A stretch of 64,000 nucleotides of DNA from Eledone cirrhosa (GCA_964016885.1 OZ024740.1:208320001-208384000); one strand, 5' to 3'; positions 1 through 13,788 are shown, counted from the first letter of the stretch. Notes: generated by a model not told the origin, from the letters alone. A program made the numbers and translations.

Positions 1-202
1 AGCCATTCTTTTTTAAATTCATATTTTACGTTCATATTAAAAATATTTTCATTCTGATGAGCGATTTCAGATGTCTGTGCAGAGCTCGTCTGTCTTCGTG
101 AAACCTTTGGTAAATGGAATAATTTTCTTGTGTTGTTTATTACATAACTAAATAACTCTGTAGCTTACATAGAGCACTCTCCTTTCCTTTACCCTTCCTA
201 CG

Positions 203-248
<46 letters not shown>

Positions 249-437
249 CACAAAGAATAAAGATTAACTGGGATTTAAATTAAGTCATTTAAATGATTTA
301 CGATAGATCGTTAAACTAACCAGAATATTCCAATCCTGTTAGAATAATCTCATTGGACTTTAAAATGTTTGCCTTTTTATGGTTCTATTATCAACACATT
401 TAAACTCGTAGATATATATATATTGCAAGAGATGTGA

Positions 438-646
438 ACATGAATGGACCTGTTATTTTTATCTAAAGACATGTTTTCCAATTCCAACCCGCACGTCCCA
501 TCAATCTATCTTATTTCTCATTCATTCTTCTGATGAAGGACAAACGTTCGAAACGTTAAGTCCCTCTTCCTGCTATATCAAGCGTTAACCTAATATATCC
601 CTTCCATATACTATACCGATTGTGTTGTTATTTTTGTTGTTCTTTT
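438..646 (+). mobile_element. PLE 3' end fragment with HHR-like core
   Basis: CTGATGAaggacaaacgttcGAAAcgttaagtc at about 530-562, running into (CA)n/(AT)n. An inverted homologous copy lies at about 19698-19905. Stem I does not pair well. Confidence 0.55.
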
Positions 647-680
647 ACACACACACACACATACACACACACACACACAG

Positions 681-758
<78 letters not shown>

Positions 759-789
759 ATATATGTATATATATATATATATATATATA

Positions 790-2076
790 CGTATGTACGT
801 ATGTATGTTCTTCTGGTTTTATAATTTCACAAATTTTTTTCCCAATAGAGAGAGAGTCGGTTTCTAACATAGGCACAAGACTCTTTCATTGGAATTTACA
901 CAACATCAACTAGGTAGATTATGTGTGCATGCATGTGTAGATATGGATGTTATTGTATGTGTGGATGTGGATGTTTTGAGTTGTATGTGTGCATGTGTAT
1001 ATGCTTTGTATCTGTACATGTGTATATGCAGTTATTAGATGCAAAATGTTTGGAATGTTTTACATATTTTTACTTTTCCATTAGTGGATTGTACTTGTAA
1101 TTTCCTAACTAGTTGTGTTCTTTCTGTTCCTGTGAAGCCTAGCTTCTCGAGATTTGTAGCAGTTACTAACATACCCCAGTGCCCCAATAATCACAGGCAT
1201 AAATCTGAATGTGTAATCAGGGTGGAGTATCTGCAGATTTCTCATCAGTTCTGCATAAATATTCTCCTTTTCGCTAATCTTTGATATTATGTTGGCATCT
1301 GCTGGGCAGCTAATATCCACTACTGTGCATGCTTTCTTCTCCCTGTCCCATATCATAATATCGGGTCTGTTATGCCTGCATTTTATTGGGTTTTTTACTG
1401 GAACATTCCACCAGTACTCTTTCATATTATGTACATGGATGTCTTCCACATTGCTGTAGCTTTTAATGTGTTTATTATCGGGGCTATCTTTTTTACGAAG
1501 TGCATTGTAAAGTGTTTTGGCCACTACATCATGCCTCATAGGTAGATAGTACAGCGATGACATCTTTGGACAGCTGCTGATGACATGGATGATATCTTCG
1601 AGGTTAGTTCTGCAGAGTCTGCACTTGTTATCACATCTAGGTGTTTTGCCTGCCTCACTATCTCTTTTGTGAATCAGGTATTTCCTGTTAATTTCCTGTT
1701 CTTGGATTGCAAAAGCGTATCCTTCAACGTGGGAGCCAATATAGCGGTTGTTGGTCCAAGATAGACTACTTTCCCTATTTATATCACTCTCACTCTGGAG
1801 CTTCCTGGCAACATATCCATGCATAATTTTTTGCTGATAAGCATGCAGTTTTTCATGCATGGATTCACTGCGATACTGCTGAACGACTTCCCTGGGTGTG
1901 AATTTTTGATTATCACACAGGGAATATCTCTCGAGGAGTTCATTCTCAATTCTCATGATCATATCTGTTTCATGCAGATAGACTTGCTCGAGAGACGGGT
2001 TCCTATGCTTCGAGGTTCGTAGGTGTTGTCGGGGGGGATATGATGCGACATTCAAATGCTGTCTGGACTGATGTTA
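790..2076 (-). mobile_element. 5'-truncated RLE-type non-LTR retrotransposon (R4/Dong-like), copy 1
   Basis: ORF 1105..2055 has a CCHC knuckle (CRLC...HVISSC), RHD and the PD-D endonuclease motif (HNRPDIMIWD...VVDISCP). The 3' UTR ends in (TACA)n. Confidence 0.85.
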
Positions 2077-2567
2077 TACTTTGAGATGGTCATGTTGCCA
2101 ATAAGAAACACACGCACCAGTTGATTTCACTCCAATTTATTATAAATAAGATTTATAAATTTAAGAATTTATAAATTTCCGGTTGGTTGGTTGGTTCTTT
2201 CGTCACACATTCTGTGACCTCTTCAGTAACTGGGGATTCTGCTCTTTGTTTTATGACTCTCCTTTGTACTGTCCTACGCCATCTTGTTTTTTCTTTTTTT
2301 TTTTTAAACAAGATGGCGTAGGACAGAACAAAGGAGAGGCACAAAACAAAGAGAAGAATCCCCAGTCACTGAAGATGTCACTGAAGAGGTCACAGAATGT
2401 GTGACGAAAGAACTTTGACAATATATGAACAACCGTCCGGTTGTGGAACCAACCAATCAACCGGAAATTTATAAATTCTTAAATTTATAAGTTTAATTTA
2501 TAATAAATTGGCGTGAAAGCAACTGGTGCGTGTGTTTCTAATTGGCAACATGACCCTCCCAAAGTAT

Positions 2568-2572
<5 letters not shown>
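2074..2572. mobile_element. Palindromic PLE-end mini-element with HHR
   Basis: Arms 2074-2290 and 2306-2572 are reverse complements. The right arm has gtca-CTGAAGA-GGTCAC..GTGAC-GAAA-gaactt-tgac. A third single arm lies at 58362-58626. Confidence 0.75.
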
Positions 2573-2631
<59 letters not shown>

Positions 2632-2633
<2 letters not shown>

Positions 2634-4795
2634 GTATGTACGTATGTATGTTCTCGTTTTATAATTTCACAAATTATTTTCCCAATAGAGAGAGAGTCGG
2701 TTTCTAATATAGACACAAGACTCTCTCATTGGAATTTACACAACATCAACTAGGTAGATTATGTATGCATGCATGCATGTGTAGATATGGATGTTATTGT
2801 ATGTGTGGATGTGTATATTTTGAGTTGTATGTGTGCTTTGTATTTGTACATGTGTATATGCAGTTATTAGATGCAAAATTTTTGGAAAGTTTTACATATT
2901 TTTACTGTTCCATTAATGGATTATACTTGTAATGTCATAACTAGTTGTGTTCTTTCTGTTCCTGTGAAGCCTAGCTTCTCAAGATGTGTATTGAGGCAGT
3001 TACTAACATACCCCAATGCCCCAATAATCACGGGCTTAAATCTGAAGGTGTAATCAGGTTATGCCTGCATTTTATTGGGGTTTTTACTGGAATATTCACC
3101 AGTACTCTTTCATATTATGTACATGGATGTCTTCCACATTGCTGTAGCTTTTAATGTGTTTATTATCGGGGCTATCTTTTTTACGAACTGCATTGTACAG
3201 TGTTTTGGCCACTACATCACGTCTCATAGGTAGATAGTACAGCGATGACATCTTTGGACAGCTGATGATGACATGGGAGATATCTTCGAGGTTAGTTCTG
3301 CAGAGTCTGCACTTGTTATCACATCTAGGTGTTTTGCCTGCCTCCCTATCTCTTTTGTGAATCAGGTATTTGCTGTTAATTTCCTGTTCTTGAATTGCAA
3401 AAGCATATCCTTCAACGTGGGAACCATTATAGCGGTTGTTGGTCCAAGATAGACTACTTTCCTTATCTATATTACTCTCACTCTGGAGCTTCCTGGCAAC
3501 ATATCCATGCATGATTTTTTGCTGATGAGCATGCAGTTTTTCATCCATGGATTCACTGCTGAGCGACTTCCCTGGGTGTGAATTTTTTATTATCACACAG
3601 GGAATATCTCTCGAGGAGTTCCTTCTCAACGCTCATGATCATATATGTTTCATGCAGATAGACTTGCTCGAGAGACGGTCTCCTACGCTTCGAGGTTCGT
3701 AGATGTTGTCGGAGGGATATGATGCGACGTTTAAATGCTGTCTGGACTGATGTTAGGCCTCTGCCGCCCTGCTTACGTTTCAAGTAAAGGCGGTCTATGT
3801 CACTGTTGATGTGGAAGTTTCCGATGTTGTTTAGTATTTTTCGAATTCCAACATCAACTGCTCGGATTTCGTCTATCGTCCAAACGTTGGTATAAGGACA
3901 GGCACAGCAAACACATTGTGAGCCACTGTTTTGTTTTGCATAGAGTTCCGATGAGCAAATCTTTCTTAATCGGGTGTAGTATTCCCTGGTTACGCGTTCC
4001 TTATTACAGATACCATTATAGAATATGTTCTCATCTATCCCCAGGTATCTGTAGCAGTCCTCATCAGATATCGATGAAACAGTTAGGCCATTGATGACAA
4101 TGTTGCTAGATTAGGTTGTTGATTTTCCCCGTTTTACAGTCATATATGAGCATTTATCTTGGCCAAACTCCATTCCTATATCCTTTGAGAACGTTGTAAC
4201 TAGATCAAGATTTTTCTTCATCCCATCCATGTTCTTGGCATAGAGTTTCAGATCATCCACAAAGAAATTATGGGTTAGGTTCGTATTTCTGTCCTCCTGT
4301 GAGCCAATGATGTATCCTTCACATTTCTTGAGCAGAAAGGACAAGGGGTTTAATGCCAAGATGAATAATATCACAGAGAGACTGTCTCCCTGAAATATAC
4401 CCCTGCGATATTTTATTTTATCAGTGAAAATATAGTCCTCCCTCTCTGTCTTTAACCTTAGGATAGTAGCCCAAGAAGAAGACAGCTTCTCTATGGCTCT
4501 GATAATAATGTCTGGGACTTTAGCAAGTTGGAGGGCCTCTATCATCCAAGAGTGGGGAACAGAATCGAAAGCTTTCCTATAGTCCAGCCAGATTGTAGCC
4601 ATATTCCTCCTAAGTTGTCGCACCTCTGACATCGCAGTTTTGTTGATTAGGTGTTGTTCAGCACTTCCCCAAACCCCTTTCTGTCCAGCTGCTTGTTCGT
4701 CTGTGATGATGTTATTATTTTCACAGTGATCTGGGAGGAATAGGTTCAGGCAGGCTGTATACATCTTATACATCAGGTTCTGGCATGCAATGGGT
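2632..4795 (-). mobile_element. 5'-truncated RLE-type non-LTR retrotransposon (R4/Dong-like), copy 2, frameshifted
   Basis: RT motifs LDYRKAFDSV, IFQGDSLS and FVDDLKLY (ORF 4111..4974), plus CCHC in 3096..3629. Highly similar to copy 1. Both ends abut (TATG)n. Confidence 0.88.
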
Positions 4796-4846
4796 ATGTA
4801 TGTATGTATGTATGTATGTATGTATGTATGTATGTATGTATGTATG

Positions 4847-4874
<28 letters not shown>

Positions 4875-4877
<3 letters not shown>

Positions 4878-5457
4878 CATGTATCCCAGTACAACCTGTC
4901 TTATGGTCGGGTCGTTGGCGACTAAACTGGCAACCCCACCAAGGTTTCTTGGTGAGGAGGGTGACTTTGGACATCCTGCAGGACTAAAAACAAAACCTGT
5001 CAAAGGGCAAAGGAGCTCTTAAGAGCCAATGGCCATCCAAAATCACCGGGAGAGATGACCCCTTAGCCTTTGTCAAGGCAGAATTCTAGGAGAAGGAAAA
5101 CTCTGATATAACACCTGCAACCCTGATGGGATACAATGATGTTGACTTGTTCTTCTTTTTGGTAAATATCATCTTGGTTAAGAGAGTGGGACTGGCTTTG
5201 TGCAGTGCCTTTGCTCACTATAAAAGCTTCACGGCACAGGCATTGCTTTATATCTGGAGATCTCTCTGCACTTGTCCTCACGTGGTACCATGGGCCCAGC
5301 ACTATGTGTCAATAATTGTCACAAGTGTAGTGTTTGTACCAGAGTTTTCAAGTCGCTGGCTGGACTAAAAAGTCACACTCGTTCAGCGCTTCGGTAGGGG
5401 TTCTCCTACATGGATATAAAGTAGTGGCCGTACTCGAAAACGAGTTGGCAGCCACCA
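4875..5457 (+). mobile_element. ~0.6 kb non-autonomous retroelement in (TATG)n
   Basis: Near-identical inverted copy at about 25085-25672. No credible ORF. A 3' stem-loop (GTGGC..ACTCG aaaa CGAGT..GCCAC) precedes (TATG)n. Confidence 0.65.
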
Positions 5458-5483
5458 TGTATGTATGTATATGCATGTATGTA

Positions 5484-5513
<30 letters not shown>

Positions 5514-5517
<4 letters not shown>

Positions 5518-5680
5518 AACGAGTAAGACCCCGACGGCTGAGCACAAGCCGTTTCGACGGCTAATTCTGGACTAAAAAGTCCAGTATTAGCCGTCGGGGT
5601 CCTACTCGTTCCTATTACCCACTCTACTACCCTAAGTATTGAGTACTTTGGTGCGTTATGGTCCACCTGGTTCCTTACCA
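5514..5680. mobile_element. Two-armed mini-element of the 39358-43385 PLE family
   Basis: TAGGAACGAGTAAGACCCCGACGGCT ... AGCCGTCGGGGTCCTACTCGTTCCTA inverted arms, then a tail with TATTGAGTACT. Flanked by (AT)n. Confidence 0.8.
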
Positions 5681-5694
5681 TATATGAATATATG

Positions 5695-5787
<93 letters not shown>

Positions 5788-5978
5788 TTCATATATAGGA
5801 ACGATCGACCTTCGTCAAATCGGACCGAGGAAACAATGTTTCCATTGGTCTTTCCAATTGCTAATACTCTCTATCGGTCGCAATACGAGTTTAAATGAGT
5901 TGATAATAGAACCATATATAGGCAAACATTTTAAAGTTCAATTAGATTATTCTAACAGGATATATATATATATAAATA

Positions 5979-8900
5979 CTAGCAGAAGTACCCGGCGTTG
6001 TCCGGGTGTAAGTCGACCTTTTCTCTGTTGTTAAAATGTGTGAAAGTTACTTCCCGCGCATCACAGGTGCAACGTTGTTGTTGGGGTTCACGCTGTTGTT
6101 GGTGTTGTTATTGTCTACACCAAAAGAGGTCATCATGAAATAGGAGTTGTATTTCCACATATTACGGTGGAACGTTTTAGCCGTAGTGTCGTCACCTGTA
6201 AGTAGATTCAGAAGAACGTCTGGCCGGTCAGCCAATGCCTCTAGTTGCACCTTACCTCCTGCACAACACACAGAAGGGGCCTCGCCTGGCCACTTCATTG
6301 CCTTGCAGAGTGTACAGACATTATCCATTTTGCCAATGGAAACTGTAGGCAGAAGTCCGTAATCCTCAGAGGGGTTATATCTGAAGGCTGCTTTTACCCA
6401 GACTGAGCTCTTGGCAGCAGTAGCTAATGTATGCCGGGAATGCTTAGCAGCAAGCCCGTTGTATCTGTCTGCCGTGGACTCCTCTGCAAGCGCTTGTTGA
6501 CGACGAAGGCGAACCCCAGCAAGCCTCGTCTGACAGGATGTTGGTGACTCCTCCGCCAGCGCTTGTTGGCGACGAAGGCGAACACCAGCAAGCCTCGTTG
6601 TACAGGATGCTGGTGACTCCTCCACACGCGCTTGTTGGCGACGAAGGCGAACATCAGCAAGCCTTGTCGTACGGGATGTTTGTGACTCAACCAGCCGGGA
6701 AAGACGTCTATCAGCGAGTCATGATTCGTGCTCAGCAGGTGTTTCCTAGAGAAAGTTAATGCTACTAGTTAGCTAAGCCAAAGGCACTGTGCCAATAGTA
6801 AATGAGAAAAGTGTAATATGAACAAAAGGGAATCAAGGTAAGACAATAAATTTAATATAACTACGATTAGAATGTTGTAGTTGCTTAAAAGTGGTGACAG
6901 TTAGGATAAACGCAGTGCTTGCTAACATTAAGGGAGAATATTGCATAAAGGACTAACTAATTGTGAATGAACGCATACCTGAGAACGCCAAATTCGTCGT
7001 CTCAAAGCAGTAGCTGTATCTTTTTTGGAGGTAAGTCTTGAACGTTTCTGTGTGGGCATAACGACGTGTAACGAAGCTGTTAGGTTAGAGAGGGGTGATT
7101 AAGTACAGAGAGAGGTGACACCAGATTCGCTACCATGGTTACTGGTGAATGGGAAGGTTTGGAAATATGATTATAATAACTTACCGAATTTTCCGGCCTA
7201 TAAAGTGCACTTAAAATACCAAAATTTCATCAAAAAACAGCTTTGCGCTTTATACTCCGGTGAGCCTTATGTATAAATAATACAATGGTAATCAATCACG
7301 GCTCTAACAGAAGTAATAGATCTAGACTAAAAGTAAAGAAGATAGCATTTTCCTGGTTGGCCTTACACGCCTTTGCGCGGACCTGATTTTAAATGATACG
7401 CCTTATATCCCGGTGAGACTTATAGAGCGGAAAATACGGTATGTATTGGAAAAGAATACGAATTCATGACCAAGGTGTGACAAAATTGGCGTCTATACAG
7501 TGCCTGAAACAAACTTATCCAAAACACTGGGATCTTTCTCGTTAAGTATCCACCCAAAAGGAACCGTTTCTTAGTTACAAAAAATAACCAAAGTGAATAG
7601 TAGCTATATTTCTGACATATCATGCCAAAAAGAACAATATATTCAAAAAATTTTCTAAAGTACATTCAATCTCTCTTTTTGACCGATGTCTTAATAAGTA
7701 AATTACCGATTTTTTTTTATTAGCTGTCAGTGTTTATCTGCATGCAGGTGTGTACGTGTGCGCAATCAATTGCACTGCATGCAGATGGTCTATGACAACT
7801 AATTCAAAAATTAAAGAACAATAGCATTTTGCAAATACGCTCATAACATTTAGTCGTAAACAACAAAAAATGCCATTAGAGGTGGGCTAATAATGGAAAA
7901 GACACAAACCCTGGTGAACTTACGTTTAAAAACCTGAAAACTTACTCACTTCCTGTGCAAAAGGCTGTGACAGTAGTGTTATGAATTAAGTAATTTTTTA
8001 GAACCTTTTGTTTAAAAAAGGATATAATTGGTACGGACGTTACATTTTTTACAACTTTGTATGTGTCCAATACAACTTGAAAGCATGATTATTTAAGACT
8101 GTTTGAAAATTTACTCACCGCTTTTAGCTTTTGGCATCACAAAAGACACCATTAAATTTGGTTTCCTTTCAGATAGGGATAATACTGTATTTTCACTTGA
8201 ATAAGGGGGAATATGAAAAGTTTAACGATAAGATGTCGACAATCCCCTAGTCCCAATGGGGATTTTTAAATTTAAGGAAGGCGAAAAATGAATTAAATTT
8301 AACTGAAATGGCATGCAAGTAGTTGGGAAAACATACTGCTCGTGGTATAGACAGGCCGTCCAATCAATAACGCGCGTGAGTCACAGTGTGTGCGTGATTA
8401 TATGGGCTTATGAAATTGATTTTGATTGCGCCAGGTGTAAACTAAAAGTTCTTGTGTTCGAATACATACACATTAAATTTCATTGAAATCGAAAGATTTT
8501 TGAAAAGAATATGAAAAACATTCTATCATATATTTTGTTGACTGTACAATTATTTAAGAATTAAGAATTCAACTCAAAGAATCCTGAATATCTGTTTGTA
8601 AAGCCTTCCACTTTCCCATAAAGAAAGGCGTAGATTTGCAGATTTCCACAATATTGCGCCATTGATAATTAAACTATGAATAATTGTCTGCCCCAACTCT
8701 TAAAGGTCTCATTTAACGCATGATTTATGAGTTTAAAAAAGACTTTCTGAATTTTTGCAGCCTTGGAGTAACTCCTAATGGATCTATTATTGTAGTAATA
8801 TCAAATTTCACTGAAATCGGACGAATTCTGAAAATATCGATTTTTGCCTCTGGGGTACGATTATCGATTTTTTTTAAATTTCAAATTACATACCTTCAAA

Positions 8901-9255
8901 ATACATACCTACGTCAAATTTCATTGGAATCGGACAAATTTCGTAAATATCGAATTTTGCCTCTGGTGATCAAATTATCGCTTTTTCGAAAATTTAATGT
9001 AGCCCACGTTCATCCCCGGATCAAAATACACACTTGCGTCGAGTTTCATCGAAATCGGACGATTTTTTAAAATGACTTCTGGGGGCTCGATTATCGATTT
9101 TTCGAAAATTTCAAGTAGCCTATTCCAATCTACGCGTCGAGTTTTATATATGTGTCAAGTTTCATGAAAATCGGATGAATGGTGTAGCCTGCAAGTTCGG
9201 GACACCAAACAAACAAACAAACAACACCCAACTTCACTTTAAATATATATATATA
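5979..9255 (-). mobile_element. Internally deleted Helitron
   Basis: Minus-strand 3' end CCCGG-acaacg-CCGGG hairpin then CTAG (5979-5982) followed by T. Rep/Hel N-terminal ORF. ~125-bp subterminal repeats at 8780-9180. (GTTT)n near the 5' end. The exact 5' TC is obscured by (AT)n. Confidence 0.85.
6047..7059 (-). pseudogene. Helitron Rep/Hel N-terminal fragment, spliced (exon 7059-6979, intron 6978-6746, exon 6745-6047)
   Basis: IGKMDNVCTLCKAMKWPGEAPSVCCAGGKV zinc-finger-like motif and YNSYFMMTSFG. E-S-x5-RL repeats. CAG|GTATGC donor and TTTCTCTAG acceptor join in frame. One TGA stop. Confidence 0.8.
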
Positions 9256-9330
9256 CTCTGTTGAGTGATGGTCTAACCTTCTTCAAAGTAAATCGATCCT
9301 GATGTGTGTGTGTCTGTGTGTGTGTTTGTT

Positions 9331-9435
<105 letters not shown>

Positions 9436-9755
9436 CGTTTTAGTATTTCTTAACATTTCGAAAAACTAGATTTTTGTTTAATCTCTGTTGTTTTGCTGCA
9501 TTAGACATTTTTGGGTAGGTTATCAGGCTGACACTCAATATAAAATACCACACCCTCCTATACACTGTAATCTCAAGGCTGTTATATTCCTTGTCGCTTT
9601 TAACCCAACATTAAAACAACTGCTGTTAAATTTACTGTGACAAAAATTTAGCAAGGTTTGAAACTACCGTTAAATGTCTGTACCGTGTTACTGAGACAAT
9701 ACTCCAGCTCTGTATTCCCTACCCTGCCCTCCCAATACACACGCGCGCGCACACG

Positions 9756-9853
<98 letters not shown>

Positions 9854-9976
9854 TATGTATATATATATATATGGGAGTACAAGGCCTCCATATATATATA
9901 TACATATATATAACAAAAGAAATGTGTAAGATTCCAGGTGGACCATAACGCACCAGAGTACTTAATACTAAGGGTA

Positions 9977-10015
<39 letters not shown>

Positions 10016-10017
<2 letters not shown>

Positions 10018-11074
10018 GGGAAGTAAGGTTCTATACAAAACAGTGATCATAGAGAAAAGGTGAGATTGGAAATAGCAAGGAAAATATATTTAAGGATCTG
10101 TTTTTCTTTTTTCTTTTCCTTTTCTTTGATTCGTCAAAGTGGCATTATTGAGAAAATGAAATGGACAATTCGTTTAAAAAAAGAGTTTTATAATCTAAAC
10201 TATAATAAAATAAGGAGTCCGGGACAACGTCCAGAATATTTTTTTTTTTTATCCCGTTTGTAAAATAAATTGGATTACTTTGAATAAATAATGGTTTCTT
10301 ATATAGGCACAAGGCCAGTAATTTGGGGGGAGGGGAAAGTCGATTAAATCGACCCCAGTGCGTGACTGGTACTTTATTTTATCGACCCCATAAGGATGAA
10401 AGGCAAAGTTAACCTCGGCGGGATTTGAGCTCAGATCATAAAGAGCCGTAACTCATGCTGCAAAGCATGGCGTCCGACCCTCTACCGATACTGCCAATCC
10501 ACAGCCCTTACTTTGAATAAATAATGAATGAATATTGCATAATTTATCCACTAAATTTCGTTATTCTTGATTACATATAAATAATTGTGTTGTTTATTTT
10601 AAGATTCACTTCTTTAAAATTTTCAAATTTCAACAGTTCCGTTAGCGATCGCTTAAATAAACATTCATATATTTCTCTCACTAATTTTCTCCTTATGCAG
10701 TTTATATATAATATCGTCTTGTTTTAATGTATCATGGATTATGTTACTGATTACATAAGACAGTGTAACGCAGTCTTCGTTCAATTTCTGTGTATATCGT
10801 CAATTACGATTTTATTTGATGTATCATATCTACATGTATATATACTTGCGTATAATATCAACATACACACTATACAAGGTAGCAGAAAACCACCCGAAAG
10901 GTGGTTTTTCTGCTAGTGTATATAAAGTATTTAAAGTATTACCGGTTTCGATGTATTAGTAAAATTCACCTTATCAAATGTTGAGTATTACAATTAAAGG
11001 GAATTAATAAGGATTAAAAACTAAAAATTAAAGATTTAAAATCAAGTGTTGAGGTAAGTTTTTCCATCTTCCTT
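10016..11074 (-). mobile_element. PLE 3' end (47176 family) interrupted by ~0.7 kb that includes the SINE
   Basis: 10016-10193 and 10917-11074 are collinear with 47176-47492 and carry the reverse complement of the 47681-47716 tail. Confidence 0.65.
10294..10507 (-). mobile_element. tRNA-derived SINE with 19-bp TSD
   Basis: TSD TTACTTTGAATAAATAATG at 10275-10293 and 10508-10526. Homologous to the + strand copy at 56783-56994. Confidence 0.85.
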
Positions 11075-11181
11075 GAAGAAGACTGTAAAATGAACTCTTG
11101 TGTATAGAGACAGAGGTGGTAGTAGCAGCAGCAGTGGTGGTAGCTGTATTCCTTCACATAGAACATCTCAATTGTGTTAGT

Positions 11182-11256
<75 letters not shown>

Positions 11257-11676
11257 GGGTCTTATACACTCAGTCGCTTCGTCCTGATAAGCCTCCGAGG
11301 TCGAGACAGGCTGTAGACTTTATACATATAAATGTGTGTGTGTAATATATATAGAAGTGACTTCTAGAAGACTGGAACTGCTTCATTCCTATGAAATCAT
11401 CAGGGATGTAATAAAGATGCCTGTACTCTACGAACCTATTGAGTTCCTTTTTTTAACTCTTGAACCTACATCTACATGTGTGTATATGTGTGTATATGTG
11501 TGTATATGTGTGTGTATTTGTGTATGTGTGTGTGTGGGTGTGCGTGTGAATGTGAATATATGTGTATGTGTGAATGCGAATGTGGGTGCACGCACGCGCA
11601 CATGTGTGAGTGTGTGTGTGTGAATGTGAGTGTACGTGTGTGTTTGTGTGTGAGTGCGGTGTGCGTGCACGCACGC

Positions 11677-11721
<45 letters not shown>

Positions 11722-12271
11722 TGTATAGCTATGAGTGGATGTGCGTTATACGGTAACAGAGCTGGCTGCTATGAAAATGCAAGGTGTTAGTGTGTGCGCG
11801 AGCATGAGCTGACCAACGCAGGGACGTAAACCCATATAAGTGAAACATTCAGTGCCGATGACACCCAACAGCGGCACTGGATGTCACATGAACACAGCTA
11901 TGCACCCTCGGATGAGAGCCATGGAGTGTTGTATGTCGGTGGTGTGTGATGGCAAGGGAAGTTAGCACTCCTGATGATCAGGTAACAGCATGGCCATGAC
12001 TATGAGCACAGTGAGGACAACTATACATCTGTTTTGGGGTGTGCTTGTATGTATGCTTGCTTGTATGTTTAAGTGTGTGTGTGTGTGTGCTTGTATGTGT
12101 GTTATGTATGTGTGTGCTGGTATGTGTGCGTGCTTGTGTGTGTGTGCTTGTATGTGTGTATGTGTGTGTGTATATGTGTGTGTGTGTGAGAGAGTAAGAG
12201 TAAGAGAGAGAGAGAAACAAAGTGGGGAGACAGAGAGAGCAATCCGTTACTAATATTAGTACTCTTATTCT

Positions 12272-12312
12272 TATTCTGAAGATGAGGATGTGAATGCCTC
12301 GAAACGTTAATA
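12272..12312 (+). ncRNA. Minimal type I hammerhead ribozyme candidate
   Basis: TATT-CTGAAGA-tGAGG..CCTC-GAAA-CG-TT-AATA, with palindromic stem III (AACGTT) and stem I TATT/AATA. Confidence 0.55.
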
Positions 12313-12337
12313 TATACTATAGGTGGTACCATTATAG

Positions 12338-13060
12338 CTGTTGTTGTTGTAGTTGTTGTTGCTGTTGTTGTAGTTGTTGATCTTCCTGTTGTTGTTGCTG
12401 TTGTTGTTGTTGTTGTTGTTGCTGTTGTTGTTGTAGTTATTGTTGTTGTTATTGTTGTTGTTGTTGTTGCTATTGTTGTTGCTGTTGTTGTTGCTGTTGT
12501 TGTTGCTGCTGTAGCTGTAGTTGTTGTTGCTGTTGCTGTTACTGTTGATGTTGTTGCTGTTATTGTTGCTGCTGCTGCTGCTGTTACTGTTGTTGTTGTT
12601 GCTGCTGTAGTTGTTGCTGTTGTTGTTGACGTTGTTGTTGTTGACGTTGTTGTTGTTGTTGTTGTTGTTGTTGCTGTTGTTGTTGCTGCTGTAGTTGTTG
12701 GTGTTGTTGTTGACGTTGTTGTTGCTGTTGTTGTTGACGTTGTTGTTACTGATGTTGTTGTTGTTGCTGTTGCTGTTGTTGTTGCTGTTGCTGTTGTTGT
12801 TGGTGTATTTGTTGCTGCTGTTGCTGCTGATGTTGTTGTTGCAATTGCTATTGTTATTGTTACTATCATTGTTGTTGATATTGTAATTGCTACTGCTATT
12901 TATTATTGTTGTTGCTGCTGATGTGTTACTGTTTTGTCATTGTTGTTGTTGTTGTTGCTACTGATACTGTTTCTGTTGGCACTCACCGTAGTGTTTAAGT
13001 TGTTGTTGTTGTTACTGTTGACACTCATGTTGTTGTTATTGTTGCTACTGATACTGTTGA
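12338..13060. repeat. Degenerate (GTT/GCT)n trinucleotide tract
   Basis: Direct inspection. It explains the poly-Thr and poly-Leu ORFs. Confidence 0.9.
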
Positions 13061-13337
13061 CATTTCGCTACAAGTCAAGAAATATTCACTTTTCTACTAA
13101 ATGTTTTGATTCATCGGTGTCACCGGCAGTTTGACCTTTTAAGGGGTGTAACACTGACGAGGAGAGATTAGGTGGGAGTAGAGGCTGGAGGAATTACAGG
13201 CTGTGTGTGAGGGAAAGAGTGAGAGGATTGAGAGAATGGAAAGATAACGGAGAGTGTGTCTATGACTGTATCTGTGTCTATGTGTTTATATCTGCTTGTA
13301 TATGTATCTGTATCTATGTAAATATATGTCTAAGGGC

Positions 13338-13455
<118 letters not shown>

Positions 13456-13591
13456 TTATTATAAGTACAGATTATAGTTTAAGCAAAGAATCGCTGCTTT
13501 CACCCTTTAACGGAATCTGTACTTATAATAAGTATTTGCACTACGGGTTTATATATATATATATAAATATATGTAATATATAATATATATA

Positions 13592-13644
<53 letters not shown>

Positions 13645-13646
<2 letters not shown>

Positions 13647-13788
13647 CGAAGGAGATGTGGTAAGGAACCAGGTGGACAATAACGCACCAAAGTACTCAAT
13701 ACTTAGGGTAGTAGAGTGGGTAATAGGAACACAGAATTAGCCGTCGAAACGGCTTGAGCTCAGCCGTCGGGGTCTTACTTGTTCCTAT
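13645..13788. mobile_element. Two-armed mini-element of the 39358-43385 PLE family (tail on the left)
   Basis: Reverse-complement tail (AGTACTCAATA) plus TAGGAAC, joined to AGCCGTCGAAACGGC...GTTCCTA, in (AT)n. Confidence 0.75.

Noticed and set aside
54-105. CTGATGA...GAAAC hammerhead
   Set aside because: No convincing stems I-III.
5375-5457. HDV-like ribozyme on the minus strand
   Set aside because: P1 and P2 pairings can be drawn, but there is too little room for P3/L3 and no P1.1. It is better read as a 3' stem-loop.
12102-12869. Mucin-like poly-Thr ORF
   Set aside because: A degenerate (AAC)n tract with no splice or domain support.
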